This document shows positions 38,902 through 49,922 of a stretch of DNA of 64,000 nt, in pieces. Source of the DNA: Podarcis vaucheri. Lineage: Eukaryota. The translations under genes and the position numbers were made by a program. The stretch's first letter is position 1. Every line of letters begins with the position of its first letter. The DNA is taken from the NCBI GenBank assembly GCA_965113315.1, contig OZ220367.1, one strand, 5' to 3'. The notes beneath the pieces are model-generated. The model was not told the origin of the DNA. It ran no database searches and saw only the letters and a program-made list of their open reading frames with translations.

Positions 38902-39252
38902 AGGAACGCGGGTGGCGCTGTGGGTTAAACCACAGAGCCTAGGACTTGCCGATTAGAAGGTCGGCAGTTCGAATCCCCGCAACGGGGTGAGCTCCTGTTG
39001 CTCGGTCCCTGCTCCTGCCAACCTAGCAGTTCTAAAGCACGTTAAAGTGCAAGTAGATAAATAGGTACCGCTCCAGCAGGAAAGTAAACTGCGTTTCCGT
39101 GCGCTGCTTTGGTTTGCCAGAAGCGGCTTAGTCATGCTGGCCACATGACCCGGAAGCTGTACGCCGGCTCCCTCGGCCAGTAAAGCGAGATGAGCACTGC
39201 AACCCCAGAGTCGGCCACGACTGGGCCTAATGGTCAGGGGTCCCTTTACCTT
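38902..39252 (+). mobile_element. Sauria SINE, full length, inserted into an older L2-like 3' end (about 38770-39420)
   Basis: A box ggtggcgctgtggg, B box gttcgaatcc, tail ccctttaccttt; TSD taaagacctact (38890-38901) / taaatacctact (39253-39264). Confidence 0.93.
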
Positions 39253-40219
39253 TAAATACCTACTTTTTTACCCGGACCTTTTGGTGTTTTGTTGTTTCAT
39301 TGTTCCGATGAAATTTTACTGCTCTTACTGATGTTTATTTTTATTTGGTTTTCTTATTTGAGTGTTTTTTATATTTTTATTTTGTAAAGCCACTTAATGT
39401 AATTAAAATATTTAAGCAGTTTACATAGAACAATTAAAATACAACATTCAATTTAAATACAAAATTGAGCAAAACATTCAATAAAAGCTAGATGAAAATA
39501 CACAGCAGTATATGACAAATAAAGCTGAACAGTGTAAAAAAATGATAATAAAAATTAAGACTCAGTCTCCAGGAAAACTTGGCGGACGAAATAAGATTTT
39601 TAAAAACTTTAAAATATCATTCTTGTCTCGATTATTGAAATTGCTCTGGAATACCTTTTTGGAAATAGAGTGGGCTATGAATAATTTTAAATAAATATTT
39701 CAGAAGTAGCCTGTACCAAGAATATCAAATAAAAAAGTTAAGGCAAAGCGAATGGTGAGAATTAGATGCTAAGGGATAATTATGTACGCCTTTTCTTTTG
39801 CTTGCTGATTTTCCTCTGTAGGCACTCCATTTGCATTATGGGAGAAACATGGGGTGGGGAATACAATGATTCCCATCTAACGTCTAGTTTCATTCCCTGT
39901 TTGAATCCCAAGGAGGATTCTACACTTGTGCGAGAATGTGGTGGCAGTAGAATGGACTGTACCACTTCAGGCTGGAGACTGTCTTAGAAACAGTCTTTGG
40001 ATTACATTTCTGTATTCTCCCTGTTAAAAACAAATAAATTCCTTGCGAGTAGTCCAGCAGGGTCCAGGCTCAGCTAGAACCTGTCTCCGCAGTGTGTATG
40101 TGTTTTTAAGTTGCAGCGTTTGTATGTGTGTTTTTACAAGGCTGAGAATTCAGAAATGGTATCCTCTCCCCACAGCCTGAACTGGTACAGTCCATTCTAC
40201 CGCTACCTCCTTCTGCTGC

Positions 40220-41270
40220 ATGTGTTATAACTGGTCTAAATTTTGGCAGGGTCTCAAGACAGTGCTTGTTATAACCAGTTAAATATGGCGGTGTGCGGTG
40301 TGGGTGGGTGTTCTGTTGAATTCTGTCAGACCCACTTGCTGACTTTTAATTGTTTGATTTCCATCCATGCTCATGCGTGATATATAGAGACCTGGAACTG
40401 GTCAATTAAAACTAAACTGCTGATAGTTTAATTTGTTGGGTGATGTTTCCTGGGAGAGAAGAACATTCTCTCACCATCCAGTCATCTCTGGATATGTGTG
40501 TACAGTTGGATATACTCCATGACGTTTTGTAGATTCAGCTTAGGACCATCCGCTGTGCAATGTCCACCTCCCTCCTGCCCTTTACAATGTTGCTACTGTT
40601 GGGGCCCCTCCTCCCATCACCCTCCAGCAGGGGGGACGCAGTAAGTTTGTGTGACCTTAGCACTAAATTCAGACTGCAGGAGTTACCTTCTATAATGATG
40701 TCAACTGATTAGGTTAGCGGGGCTGGTGGCAGCCACGATAAGACGTGACATGTTCTAATGATTTGCTTTAGCAGGAGCGCAGGAGCAATGAGGAGGAAGA
40801 GGCAGGAAAGGCGGGGGGCCCACAGGTGCCGACAAAGACTTTGACCTTTGCTGCTATAATATCAGTTATTCACAGGCCAGGCGGTTCGGTAACCCACTTC
40901 CAGACCATCAAAAATTGATTTAATTGCAATTTCCCCCCCAATTCAGAGCACTGGAGCTTGACTAATTGGAGTAATAGAGAGTAATAAGGCTCTGATTAAA
41001 AAAAAGCTTTCCTCTGCCTCCTTTTGTATCCTGTGTCATTGCCTGTCAGAGGTCAGGGAGCCTGCATATTCTATTAGGCCGAGTTGCCTTCATTTGGACA
41101 AATTAGTTTACCCAACAGTAATTAAAATGCCAATGTGGGTCGGGAAGAGCTGAATGCAATTGATGGGCAAGTTGGTGAAGGATTTGACAGCTTTGGTGGC
41201 CGCCCTTGCCAGAGCGTGTCGGTGCGGACTCAAAGGCTGCACCAGTTTGGGTCTATGTGGCTAGCCCAGC
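40220..41270. promoter_or_regulatory. Candidate 1-kb homeodomain-rich enhancer
   Basis: Dense TAATTR sites, three TGACAG, TCF-like sites, CpGs retained, repeat-free. Confidence 0.55.
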
Positions 41271-42019
41271 TCTGGGGTTGAAAGAGGCTCAGGAAAAGTG
41301 TCCTTCTCTTTGGTCTCCTCTCTCTGTGCGCTCAGTTCCTCCCCTTGTTTCTTTATGACACTTGGGTTCATTCCTCCCTGACGCCCAGACTCTTTGTCCC
41401 AACGAGACCGCCCTCAGCCCCCTTTGCCGTACCCCCCATTTCCCAGCTGCTGGGCTCTTGCTAAGTAATAGGTTCTTTGTTTCTTGGTTCGATGATCCTT
41501 CATATAGAATAATTTCCAAAATGGGATGATAACATCCAGTTTAAAGGGTGTGGGGATAGGCGGGAGAGGAGAACAGAGATAGAAGCTTGTGTGATGCAGC
41601 CAGATTCTGGAGTCCCATATGCAAAGAGCAGTGGAGGACTTGGTGGAAAGTGTTGGGTTAACAGAGTAGAATGGGTAGAATTATGGGATAAAATGGAAAA
41701 GAACTGAAACATGGTTAATTTGGATGCAGATGCAAGAGACAGGGTAGCACATTAAGCCTTAGTTCTAAAACAACTGACAACCTGGAGGTGGTCTTGGTAC
41801 CTGGAAATAAAGTGTGATACCTGCAGTGCATGTGCTATATTTTGGGTGCTTTTGGTTGTCTGGGGTTCATCTACATCAATGCTGAGAATATATACAAGTG
41901 GCAACTTTAATCTTTATTTTCCTTTTATGGCAAACAATGAACAATTTGCCTGTTTCTGTCGGCCTGGCTTATCCTATAGTGCACTGTTCTAGAGCTGTAA
42001 TAGTTGTATTGGTTCATAT

Positions 42020-42152
42020 GGGGAGAGGCGGCCCTTGAGGTATTGTAGTCTTGAATCATTTAAGGCTTTATAGGTCAAAATCAGAACTTGAATTCAGCCC
42101 AGAAACTAATTGGCAGCCAGTGCAGTCAGGCCAGGATGGGTGTAATATGCTC
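42020..42152 (-). mobile_element. L2-like LINE fragment
   Basis: tttaaggctttataggtcaaaatcagaacttgaattcagcccagaaactaattggcagccagtgcag is antisense to the LHWLP region. Confidence 0.65.
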
Positions 42153-42159
42153 ACGTTTA

Positions 42160-43207
42160 CCACTGGCAAGCCAGGTGTTCCCCATCTTATGTTTGTGCAG
42201 CCTGCCTAAGTGTTAAACCTGACATTTGTCTCTATTGAAATTCATTTTGTTAGTGTTATCTGCAGGTGTGTTGAGCATTCACTCAAGTCCTTCATCCAAG
42301 TCTCTTATAAAGACGTTGTACAACAACGGGCCCAGGACAGTACCCTGTGTCACCTCACTTGCTACTGTTTTCCAGGATGCCAAGGAAATGTTAGTGAGCA
42401 ATCTTTGGGTTTGGCCAGCCAGCAAGCTACAAATCCACCTAACAGTTACCTAGTCTAGTCCATATTTTACCAGCTTCTCCACAAAAATACCAGGGGGAAT
42501 TTTTCAAAAGCCTGACTGAAATTGAGATACACTGCATCCATAGCATTCCCCTGATCCTCTAAGCTTGTAATTGTACAAAAGAAAAAGAAAAAGAAAAAGA
42601 AATTATATTCGTCTGGCATGACTTGTTTTTGAAAAACCCATGCTGGGTCTTAGTAATCACAACATCTTTTCCCAAGTGTTCACACACAAACTGTTTACAG
42701 TGGTGCCCCGCAAGACGAATGCCTTGCAAGACGAAAAACTCGCTAGACGAAAGGGTTTTCCATTTTTGCGTTGCCTCGCTAGATGAATTTCCCTATGGGC
42801 TTGCTTCGCAAGATGAAAATGTCTTGCGCTTTTTTTTTAAAGCCGCTTGAAGAGGCACAGTTGCGACGGACCGTGCTTCGCAAGACGAAAAACATCGCAA
42901 GACGAAAAGACTCGCGGAACAAATTATTTTCGTCTTGCGAGGCACCACTGTAATTGTCTGCTCTAGGACCTTCCCTGGTGTTGATGTCAAGCTCACCAGT
43001 CAGTAGTTACCTGGGTCTTCCTTTCCCCCCTTTTTGAAGATGGGGACAACATTTTCCCGTCTCCAGTCTGTAGGGACCTCACCTGTTCTTCAAGAATTCT
43101 CAAAGATCATAGACAAAGGCTCTGAAATTGCACCCAAAAGCTCCTTTAGTACCCTTGGATGCAGCTCATCAGGCCATGGAGATTTGAATTCATTTAAAGT
43201 AGCTAGA
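42160..43207 (-). mobile_element. CR1 LINE internal RT fragment, decayed and split by a MITE
   Basis: Antisense SLTSTPGKVLEQ and further CR1 RT motifs; similar to the reverse complement of 18341-18900. Confidence 0.85.
42698..42950. mobile_element. Tc1/mariner (pogo/Tigger-like) MITE, 253 bp
   Basis: 22-bp TIRs CAGTGGTGCC(C/T)CGCAAGACGAA with 1 mismatch; TA duplication at 42696-42697 and 42951-42952; internal cgcaagacgaa repeats. Confidence 0.93.
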
Positions 43208-44959
43208 AAGTTGAAAATGTGGATAGCCCCTTTATGCTCTCAAAAAATAGTAACAAAGCCATAATTTTAGAATTGAATGTGCATGAAATGGCACCAGTCT
43301 CTTTAACCTCAACGATAGAAACATTCCAATTATGAGATTTCCTACAGACCCTTTTCTGCACTAGGTTGGCAGGGTACATTAGTGGGTCAGGATCTGTTTA
43401 GCTAGAGGGAAGTGGTGCAAAGCTAGGGAGCAATGTGGAAGTCAACTGCCGAGAAATTTCTAATCTCTACCACAGACTGGCTTGGAGGCTGTACCAGCAG
43501 AGTGGCGGGGATTAGTGCTGGTGATCTCCACCCACTTCTCCTTTCTTATTGGCATACCTTGATGCTAATTTAGACCTGTGCAGTCTCTGGAGGGGTGCTG
43601 CATACTTCTTCTGAAAGATCTGTATGCCTGTATAGACAGAGCAAGGGGGAGAGGGAGCAAAAACCTTTAAAACCCAATTGCCCACTTCAGTGATTTCCAA
43701 GCTGCTATTATGTTTCTGACCACAGTAATTGGCATTACTATTTACTAATGGCTTATGGTAAAGGGGGGAAAGAGACAAAAACCCAGCACCTCACTTTGTA
43801 GTTCTGGGCTGCTGAAGATTGCTTGCCGACTTTGAAACGTGTATCAGTTGATATGGTGCTCTATCCTTAATTTTTTTTATTTCAAAATATTTATATTTCA
43901 CGTTTCCATATTAAGAGCTTGTCAGTGTTCTGACATCTCACCTTTGATAGCCTGTGAGGAGTGGAGCAGATTCTTATCATGGGCATCAGGTCAGCAACTT
44001 GGCCCTTCAGTTGGACCTCAAGGGAACCTGCTAGCTGGTTGATAGACAGAAATCAATCACTTTCTTCTGGCTTTTAACCCTCCATCAACAGTGGGGCCAA
44101 GCACAATAACGCTTTTTTTTTGTATTCCACAACTCCTTATTCCTGGTGAGCAATTAATTGCCATGTGATATTTTAGGGTTCTCCTCAGTTTAGTTAAAAA
44201 TCTATGGCTTTACTCTTATGGTTGGCGGTTACAAATTTATCTCTGTTGGAATGACAGAGAAAATGAAGAACTATGTTTGTAAGGCGATGGGGTGAAAGCA
44301 GCCTTGTCAGATGCTCTTGATTCATTAGTTACTTGTCATGTCAACAGCTACTTACCTCATAACCTATTCTGTCCATTTTGTGTGAGAAAAGCACATATAG
44401 AGTGGGGAAAATTGAATAATAGTCATCAAATTTTACTCAGGGGAGACCTCTTGAAATCAATGGACGTAACATAGACATGTTCATGAATTTCAATGTGTCT
44501 ATTCTGAGTAAAATATAGTTGAATACCACCCATTATTTTGACTATTTTCATATTGGGTGAATCATTCACTTTCCTTACCATTACCACAAATGACATGGGG
44601 TTCAATAGTACTCCACATGTTTACAAGAACCTTGTACAAACCTGATTTTTAAAAAAGCATTTTTCTGCAGCTGAAACATTTCTTCTGACCCAGCAAAACA
44701 GTTTATTTTTTTAATCAAACTATCATTTCGTACAAAGTTTACTGATTGCTTTTGGGGTTACCGAACCCCCAGATGGATCTGCATATGTTTGCAAGCACCT
44801 AGGACTCTTACTTTGACAAGTGGCAGACTTAATGACAGCTCTCAGTCAATGACCTTGAGAGGGCCGCTTTCCTCTATTCACAAAAAGTTCTATGCGAAAT
44901 GTGCTGTTAAGGGTTGCCCTCAACACTTCCAGACCAACACTTCCAGACTGGCCTTCTTC

Positions 44960-45580
44960 AAAAGTCAGTTAAGGCCTGGGATTTGATGATCAGCTTCAAT
45001 GCGGAGCAACCAGTGTGAGAGACAGGCTTCCCCCATGCAAAACCTGTGGGATGTTTACCAACACTCTCCCACAATGCTTTGTGCCATGTGAAAACATTAG
45101 AATTGACGAACAAGTGGTGCCATTCCAAGGAGGACATCCAATGAGACATTATATGCCATCTAAGCCAGCGAAGGATGACATTAAGTCCATAAATTTTATT
45201 ATGTTTATGATATATATGTGTGAAAAGAAGGGTTTCTCAGCAGCATAAAACCTAGACCAGATAGTGTCAGAGAAACTAATATCACATTTATAGGGTTCTA
45301 GGCTGTTCTGTGCCACAGTCCAGGGAATTAGCTAAGAAAAAACTAACTCTGGTTGGCACATTGAAGGAAGGAAGGAAGGAAGGAAGGAAGGAAGGAAGGA
45401 AGGAAGCCAGCCAGCCAGCCCACCCACCCACCCACCAACCAACCAACCAGAGAGTCCTTGAATTCCTTGCCCACAAATCCTGAAGCGTCAACAGCAACAT
45501 TGTTGGTTTTCAAGAAGATCTAACACCTGTAAGCTAGATGCCATGGAAAGGAAGAACAGCGATCTCAGGGCCCTCTCGAC
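44960..45580 (+). pseudogene. piggyBac transposase fossil
   Basis: GFDD...RDRL...FTNTLPQCFVPCENIRIDEQVVPFQGGHPMRHYMPSKPAKDDIK resembles piggyBac VDEQLVPFRGRCPFRQYMPSKPAKYGIK; later LAKKKLTLVGTL and VGFQEDLTPVS*MP; stops and frameshifts. Confidence 0.85.
45363..45448. repeat. Compound microsatellite (GAAG)11(CCAG)3..(CACC)4(AACC)3
   Basis: Read directly. Confidence 0.95.
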
Positions 45581-46158
45581 TGGTGTTTCGTTGTTGTTTT
45601 TTGCCAAGTGTATTCTGCAGTATGTCATAGTGTTAGACCATGCTCATTATTTATTGTTCTGCAGAATTTCCTTGATGTTGCCACATTAATTGCCTTCTAA
45701 AGGGCGCTCTTACACTATAGTGCAACAGAAGAAAAGCAGGGTGGAGTGGGAAGCAGAACAGCAACAAAAGAACCAGGACATGTTCAGTCTGAAAAGTTGC
45801 AGGATTTCAGCAAGAAGCTATGGGACTTGGGGTGAGACTAGGGAGTTGCTGCTTTTGTGTTTGTTTGTGTGTGATTACTGTAAATATGTTTATGAAGCCA
45901 CTCCAAGAGACAATCTTCTGATCCAGATGTCCAACTGAAAAGGGCAGTTGGACACTTACAACACTACAAAAATGGGGGATGAAGCAGCCGTTATGACTGC
46001 AGTTGCACTGATACCTTTAGCTTTGTACTTCGTTCAACCTGCCTAAGGAGCTCTAAGAGCTTTTAATTTAATAATTCTGACTGTGTGCTGCAGTAATCTT
46101 CCTACATAGGCAACATGGATCAGCACTAACAGTGCAGCAAATTGGAGAAAGGTATTAC

Positions 46159-46563
46159 ATTGGTTCACACGATGTGCTCAGCCAAACATTGGCTTAGCAA
46201 GACCACACAGAGTTGTGGGCTCTTAAGAGGCGGTTGCAGCCCCTTTGTTCCTCCCTGGTCCTGATTGTTGCTGAGTTGTTCTAAGCAGGTATCCAAAGCT
46301 TTGGCTTAGCATGTTGTCTGAACTGGAGCTTGTGGTTACACTCTCTCCTCACTAACCATCAATTTTAGCCAATATTTGCTCTTGGTTTCAGCTCGTAGTT
46401 AGTGAGGAGAGAACTGAACCACAAGTTCTTGTTTGTATGATATGCAGCAAGGCAGCTAAAAGGACAGGAGGAACCTAGTGACTGAGTGCAACTCTCTGGG
46501 AGTCCACATGTTTGTGCAGTCTTGCAAAGCAAAGGTTTGGCTTAGCACATCATGTGAGCCAGT
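46159..46563. mobile_element. About 400-bp fold-back MITE, unclassified
   Basis: Terminal inverted repeats tggttcacacgatgtgctcagccaaac / gtttggcttagcacatcatgtgagcca plus internal inverted arms near 46328-46358 and 46397-46425. Confidence 0.7.
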
Positions 46564-47035
46564 TCATTATGTATGTAGGTGTAGGATGGTTTGTCTTGAA
46601 ATAGATTTTGCAGAAAAATGCTCCTCCTTTCCTTCATTTAAAGAAAATGGCTTAGGGAGCTGGGAATCATCTGTTTATACTGGCATTGTCACGATGGGAG
46701 GCATTTAGTTTTTCTGGTTATATTACTATCTTGAGACTATAAACTTGAACAATGTTTAGAGTTGCACCAGAGCTCGTGTTAAAAGAACACCTTTCCATGT
46801 TTCCTAGTCCAATGCCTTGACTTGAACCGCAGCCCCATTGCAGACTCTATTCCAGCTTGCGCACTTTGCTTTTTACTGCTGTGGTTTCAGGGCATGGAAG
46901 TTCATGCATTACATCTCTCAAATGTTTCGGCATCTGGCCCCTGTGTATTTCATCTGCTTGTGGTCACACAAATATTTAGTAATGGTACAAAGAGGATGGC
47001 TAATAATGTTTTGTTTTTTCTTTCTTGATTGACAG

Positions 47036-47101
47036 TTCATTTGTGACTGGAACAGCTTGCTGTGGACATACCTCACCTTTGAGAATCTGGGACTTGGGGA
47101 G
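47036..47101 (+). CDS. FBXW4: FBXW4 exon 6 (66 nt, phase 2-2): SFVTGTACCGHTSPLRIWDLG(S)
   Basis: Pyrimidine tract plus gacag acceptor, donor AG|gtaaga; matches human SFVTGTACCGHFSPLRIWDL. Confidence 0.95.
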
Positions 47102-47629
47102 GTAAGACTCTCTTACAGTTGTGGCAGTGAATAGAAAAATCTGCCTGTGGGATGAATACTTATGGAAACTTTCTAAGACCTGACTGTAGTTGAAAATTAA
47201 TGTGTACCATTAACTCAGAAGTAGCCAAGACTTGAAGTCATCTAGTTCAGCTTATTCATTGATCTCTGGATCTTGCATCAGATATGTTTGTATACTTCTT
47301 TGCACACACACACCAATGAATATATTTTCATACTTTGTCTATGCAAATTCTTCTATTGAACAGAGTTTTGGTTTTTTTAAAAGTAATTTGGGCTTGTTTC
47401 CAAATTTTGATTCTCATCTGTCTTCTAGCAACTTATGCCCATTTCTTTTTGTGTTTTATTGACAAGGTAGGACAATTGACTTTAGCCTTGCATTTTCCTT
47501 CTTGCTAGAGATTAGATTATCTATTCCTGGATTCATTTTTTTAATTGGTAATCATTTAGCCTTTGAAACCAGTAAGAATTCCAGAACTCCACCACTCATT
47601 TACAGCAATAAAATTCAAACGTAATATAA

Positions 47630-47880
47630 GGCCAAGGCAAATAAAAAAAGGATTTCACCTGGCACTGCAAACAAATATCTGGAATCGATGAAAGCCACAA
47701 GTGAAAAGGCCCTATCTCTGGTCAACAGCATCTTACTTATTTCAGGTGGGAGAATTTGAATCAGGACCTCAGAGACCGATATTTACGTCCAGGCAGGTCC
47801 AGGTAGATACCCTGGTCTCAAGCCAGTTAGGTTAAAACCAGCACTTCAAATTGTGTTTGGAAAAGGACTGGTAGACTATG
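47630..47880 (-). mobile_element. L2-like LINE 3' fragment
   Basis: gaaaaggccctatctctgg...aaaaccagcacttcaaattg antisense L2 motifs. Confidence 0.55.
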
Positions 47881-48216
47881 CTTATGATAATATTTTATTC
47901 TCCTGCTAATTATATGAAGCATGCAATTTATATCTGACTTCCTTTAGTAATATTTTATTTTGAAATGTTTAAGATTTTGTTGTTGTTATCTTTGCTACAC
48001 TGAACGTGCATTCTGTAGTTCAACCCCCTTCATAATGTTTTATTTTGAAATCTTTAAGATAATATTTTAGTTTCCTGTTAACTATGTTGCTTTGGACTTT
48101 CTTCTGTAATGTTTTATTCTGGATTGTTTTATTTGATGTTTTAGTGCAGGTTGTAAAAGGCTTTGAGATTTTTTTCTTTAAAATATAAAGCAGTATATAA
48201 ATGAAGTGAATAATTA

Positions 48217-48280
<64 letters not shown>

Positions 48281-48461
48281 GACCGCACAGCTTTTTAAAT
48301 ACTGACATGGTATATTCTGTATTTTGGGCCCCAGTTAATACAAGCATAGCTGTATTTTATTATTATTATTAATAATAATAATAGACCGCACAGCTTTTTA
48401 AATACTGACATGGTATATTCTGTATTTTGGGCCCCAGTTAATACAAGCATAGCTGTATTTT

Positions 48462-48507
<46 letters not shown>

Positions 48508-48632
48508 GACCGCACAGCTCTTTAAATACTGACATGGTATGTTCTGTATTTTGGGCCCCAGTTAATACAAGTATAGCTGTATTTTTAACTAACTGTAGCT
48601 TCTGAACAGAACTCACTGGTATCCCCATGTAT
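48217..48632 (-). repeat. Triplicated 79-bp L2-derived unit separated by (ATT)n(AAT)n microsatellites
   Basis: Unit agaccgcacagc...catagctgtatttt at about 48280-48358, 48382-48460 and 48506-48586; minus strand reads MGIPVSSVQKLQLVKNTA...EHTMSVFKELCGL, like L2 KLQLVQNAA...HITPVLKELHWL. Confidence 0.9.
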
Positions 48633-49766
48633 TGGCATCCTCACTGCTATAGTCTAAACACTGTTCTTCATTTATAAGGTTGTCGCCCTTCAGAAGAAAA
48701 ACTCCCAGGTGGGGACTACTTTCACAGTGATTACTTCCACATTCAGGTCACAATTGATAAGTTACAGAGTAAAGAATGTATTTAATAAACAGTTAGATGG
48801 ACCTGGGAGGATCTGACACAAACAACTCACCCTATAAGTTTGGGCATGGTGTTTTTGCATCATTGCCTCTTTGCCTCATTTCACCATCTGTAAATTTGTG
48901 TCCTGACTTGCTAGATTTAACCCCTTTTGCAATTCTTCCAGTCTGCCAGAGCAGTGCTGATAATAAGATTTGTTGTTCTGTTGTTCAATAAAATAGCAAT
49001 GTGGGTTTGCTGATTAACAGTCTCTGTGCTTGGTGAATTACGTGTAATGTGGTTCCTGTGCTTAGACTACAGGAAGAATGAGGGCTGCTTTGGCTTTTTC
49101 TGTCCCCATCCTCCTTGCCCATGAACTTCTCCTGGCTTACCTCAAATAGAAGCAGCACCGAGGAGCAAGTGAGGAGTGGCTGTGTCACCTTTTCTGCCTT
49201 TCCCAAGGAAGCCTCTAGAGATAATAAAGCTATGTAGAAAATAGGATTAAGGTAATGAACAGGCAGGATGGAGTTTGATCTTTCAATAAGGCAAAAGCCT
49301 GACTGACAGGCAGAGCTAAAGCCTGGAACCATCCAGCCAATGGGAAATTACCTACAGTGGCTGCTGAGTGTCACGGATTCCTCCCTTTTCACTTGTTTTT
49401 AGTGGAATGCACTGTGCCACTGGGCTGCCCATCTCAGGCCGCACATGGAGGGAGGAGCAAAAGTCTACACAATTTGGGTCTCTCACATATACAGGTTAAT
49501 CGGAAGACTGTAGTTGGTTGGGCAACTTCTCACGAGAAGTGGTAGTTGGTGGAATTTGGGCAATTATGGAGGAGAAGGACCAGCAGTGTTTCTCCCTACT
49601 GGTATTTTAATTTTTGTTCTGTTACTGCATTGCTTTTTCCAGCCAAGGGTTATTTTTTGTGAGTTTGTGTTCTCTTCTGGACCCACCAATGTAGCTAGCC
49701 CTCACACTGTCCAAAAGAGTCACTGCTGAATACCTGCAAGTCCATAAATACTTCTGTAACTTACTT

Positions 49767-49922
49767 CAGGGGTGTCCAAACTTTTTCCCAAGAGGGCCAG
49801 ATCTGAGGAAGTGAACATGCGGCTGACCAAAGTTGTTGAGCTTTTTTAAGGATTTTACCCCAGGAAATAAACTGCTACAGTGGGCCAGATTAGGCCCCCG
49901 AAACATACTTTGGACCTGCCTG
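49767..49922. mobile_element. hAT-type non-autonomous element (156 bp)
   Basis: TIRs caggggtgtccaaa / tttggacctgcctg; 8-bp TSD acttactt / gcttactt. Confidence 0.8.

Noticed and set aside
38902-38990. tRNA-like A/B boxes (also at 60041 and 26335)
   Set aside because: They are SINE heads continuing into SINE bodies; no complete cloverleaf.
48141-48628. Poly-Leu/Ile ORFs and repeat-spacer pattern resembling a CRISPR array
   Set aside because: The spacers are (ATT/AAT)n microsatellites, the repeat is L2-derived, the context is a vertebrate intron and there are no cas genes.
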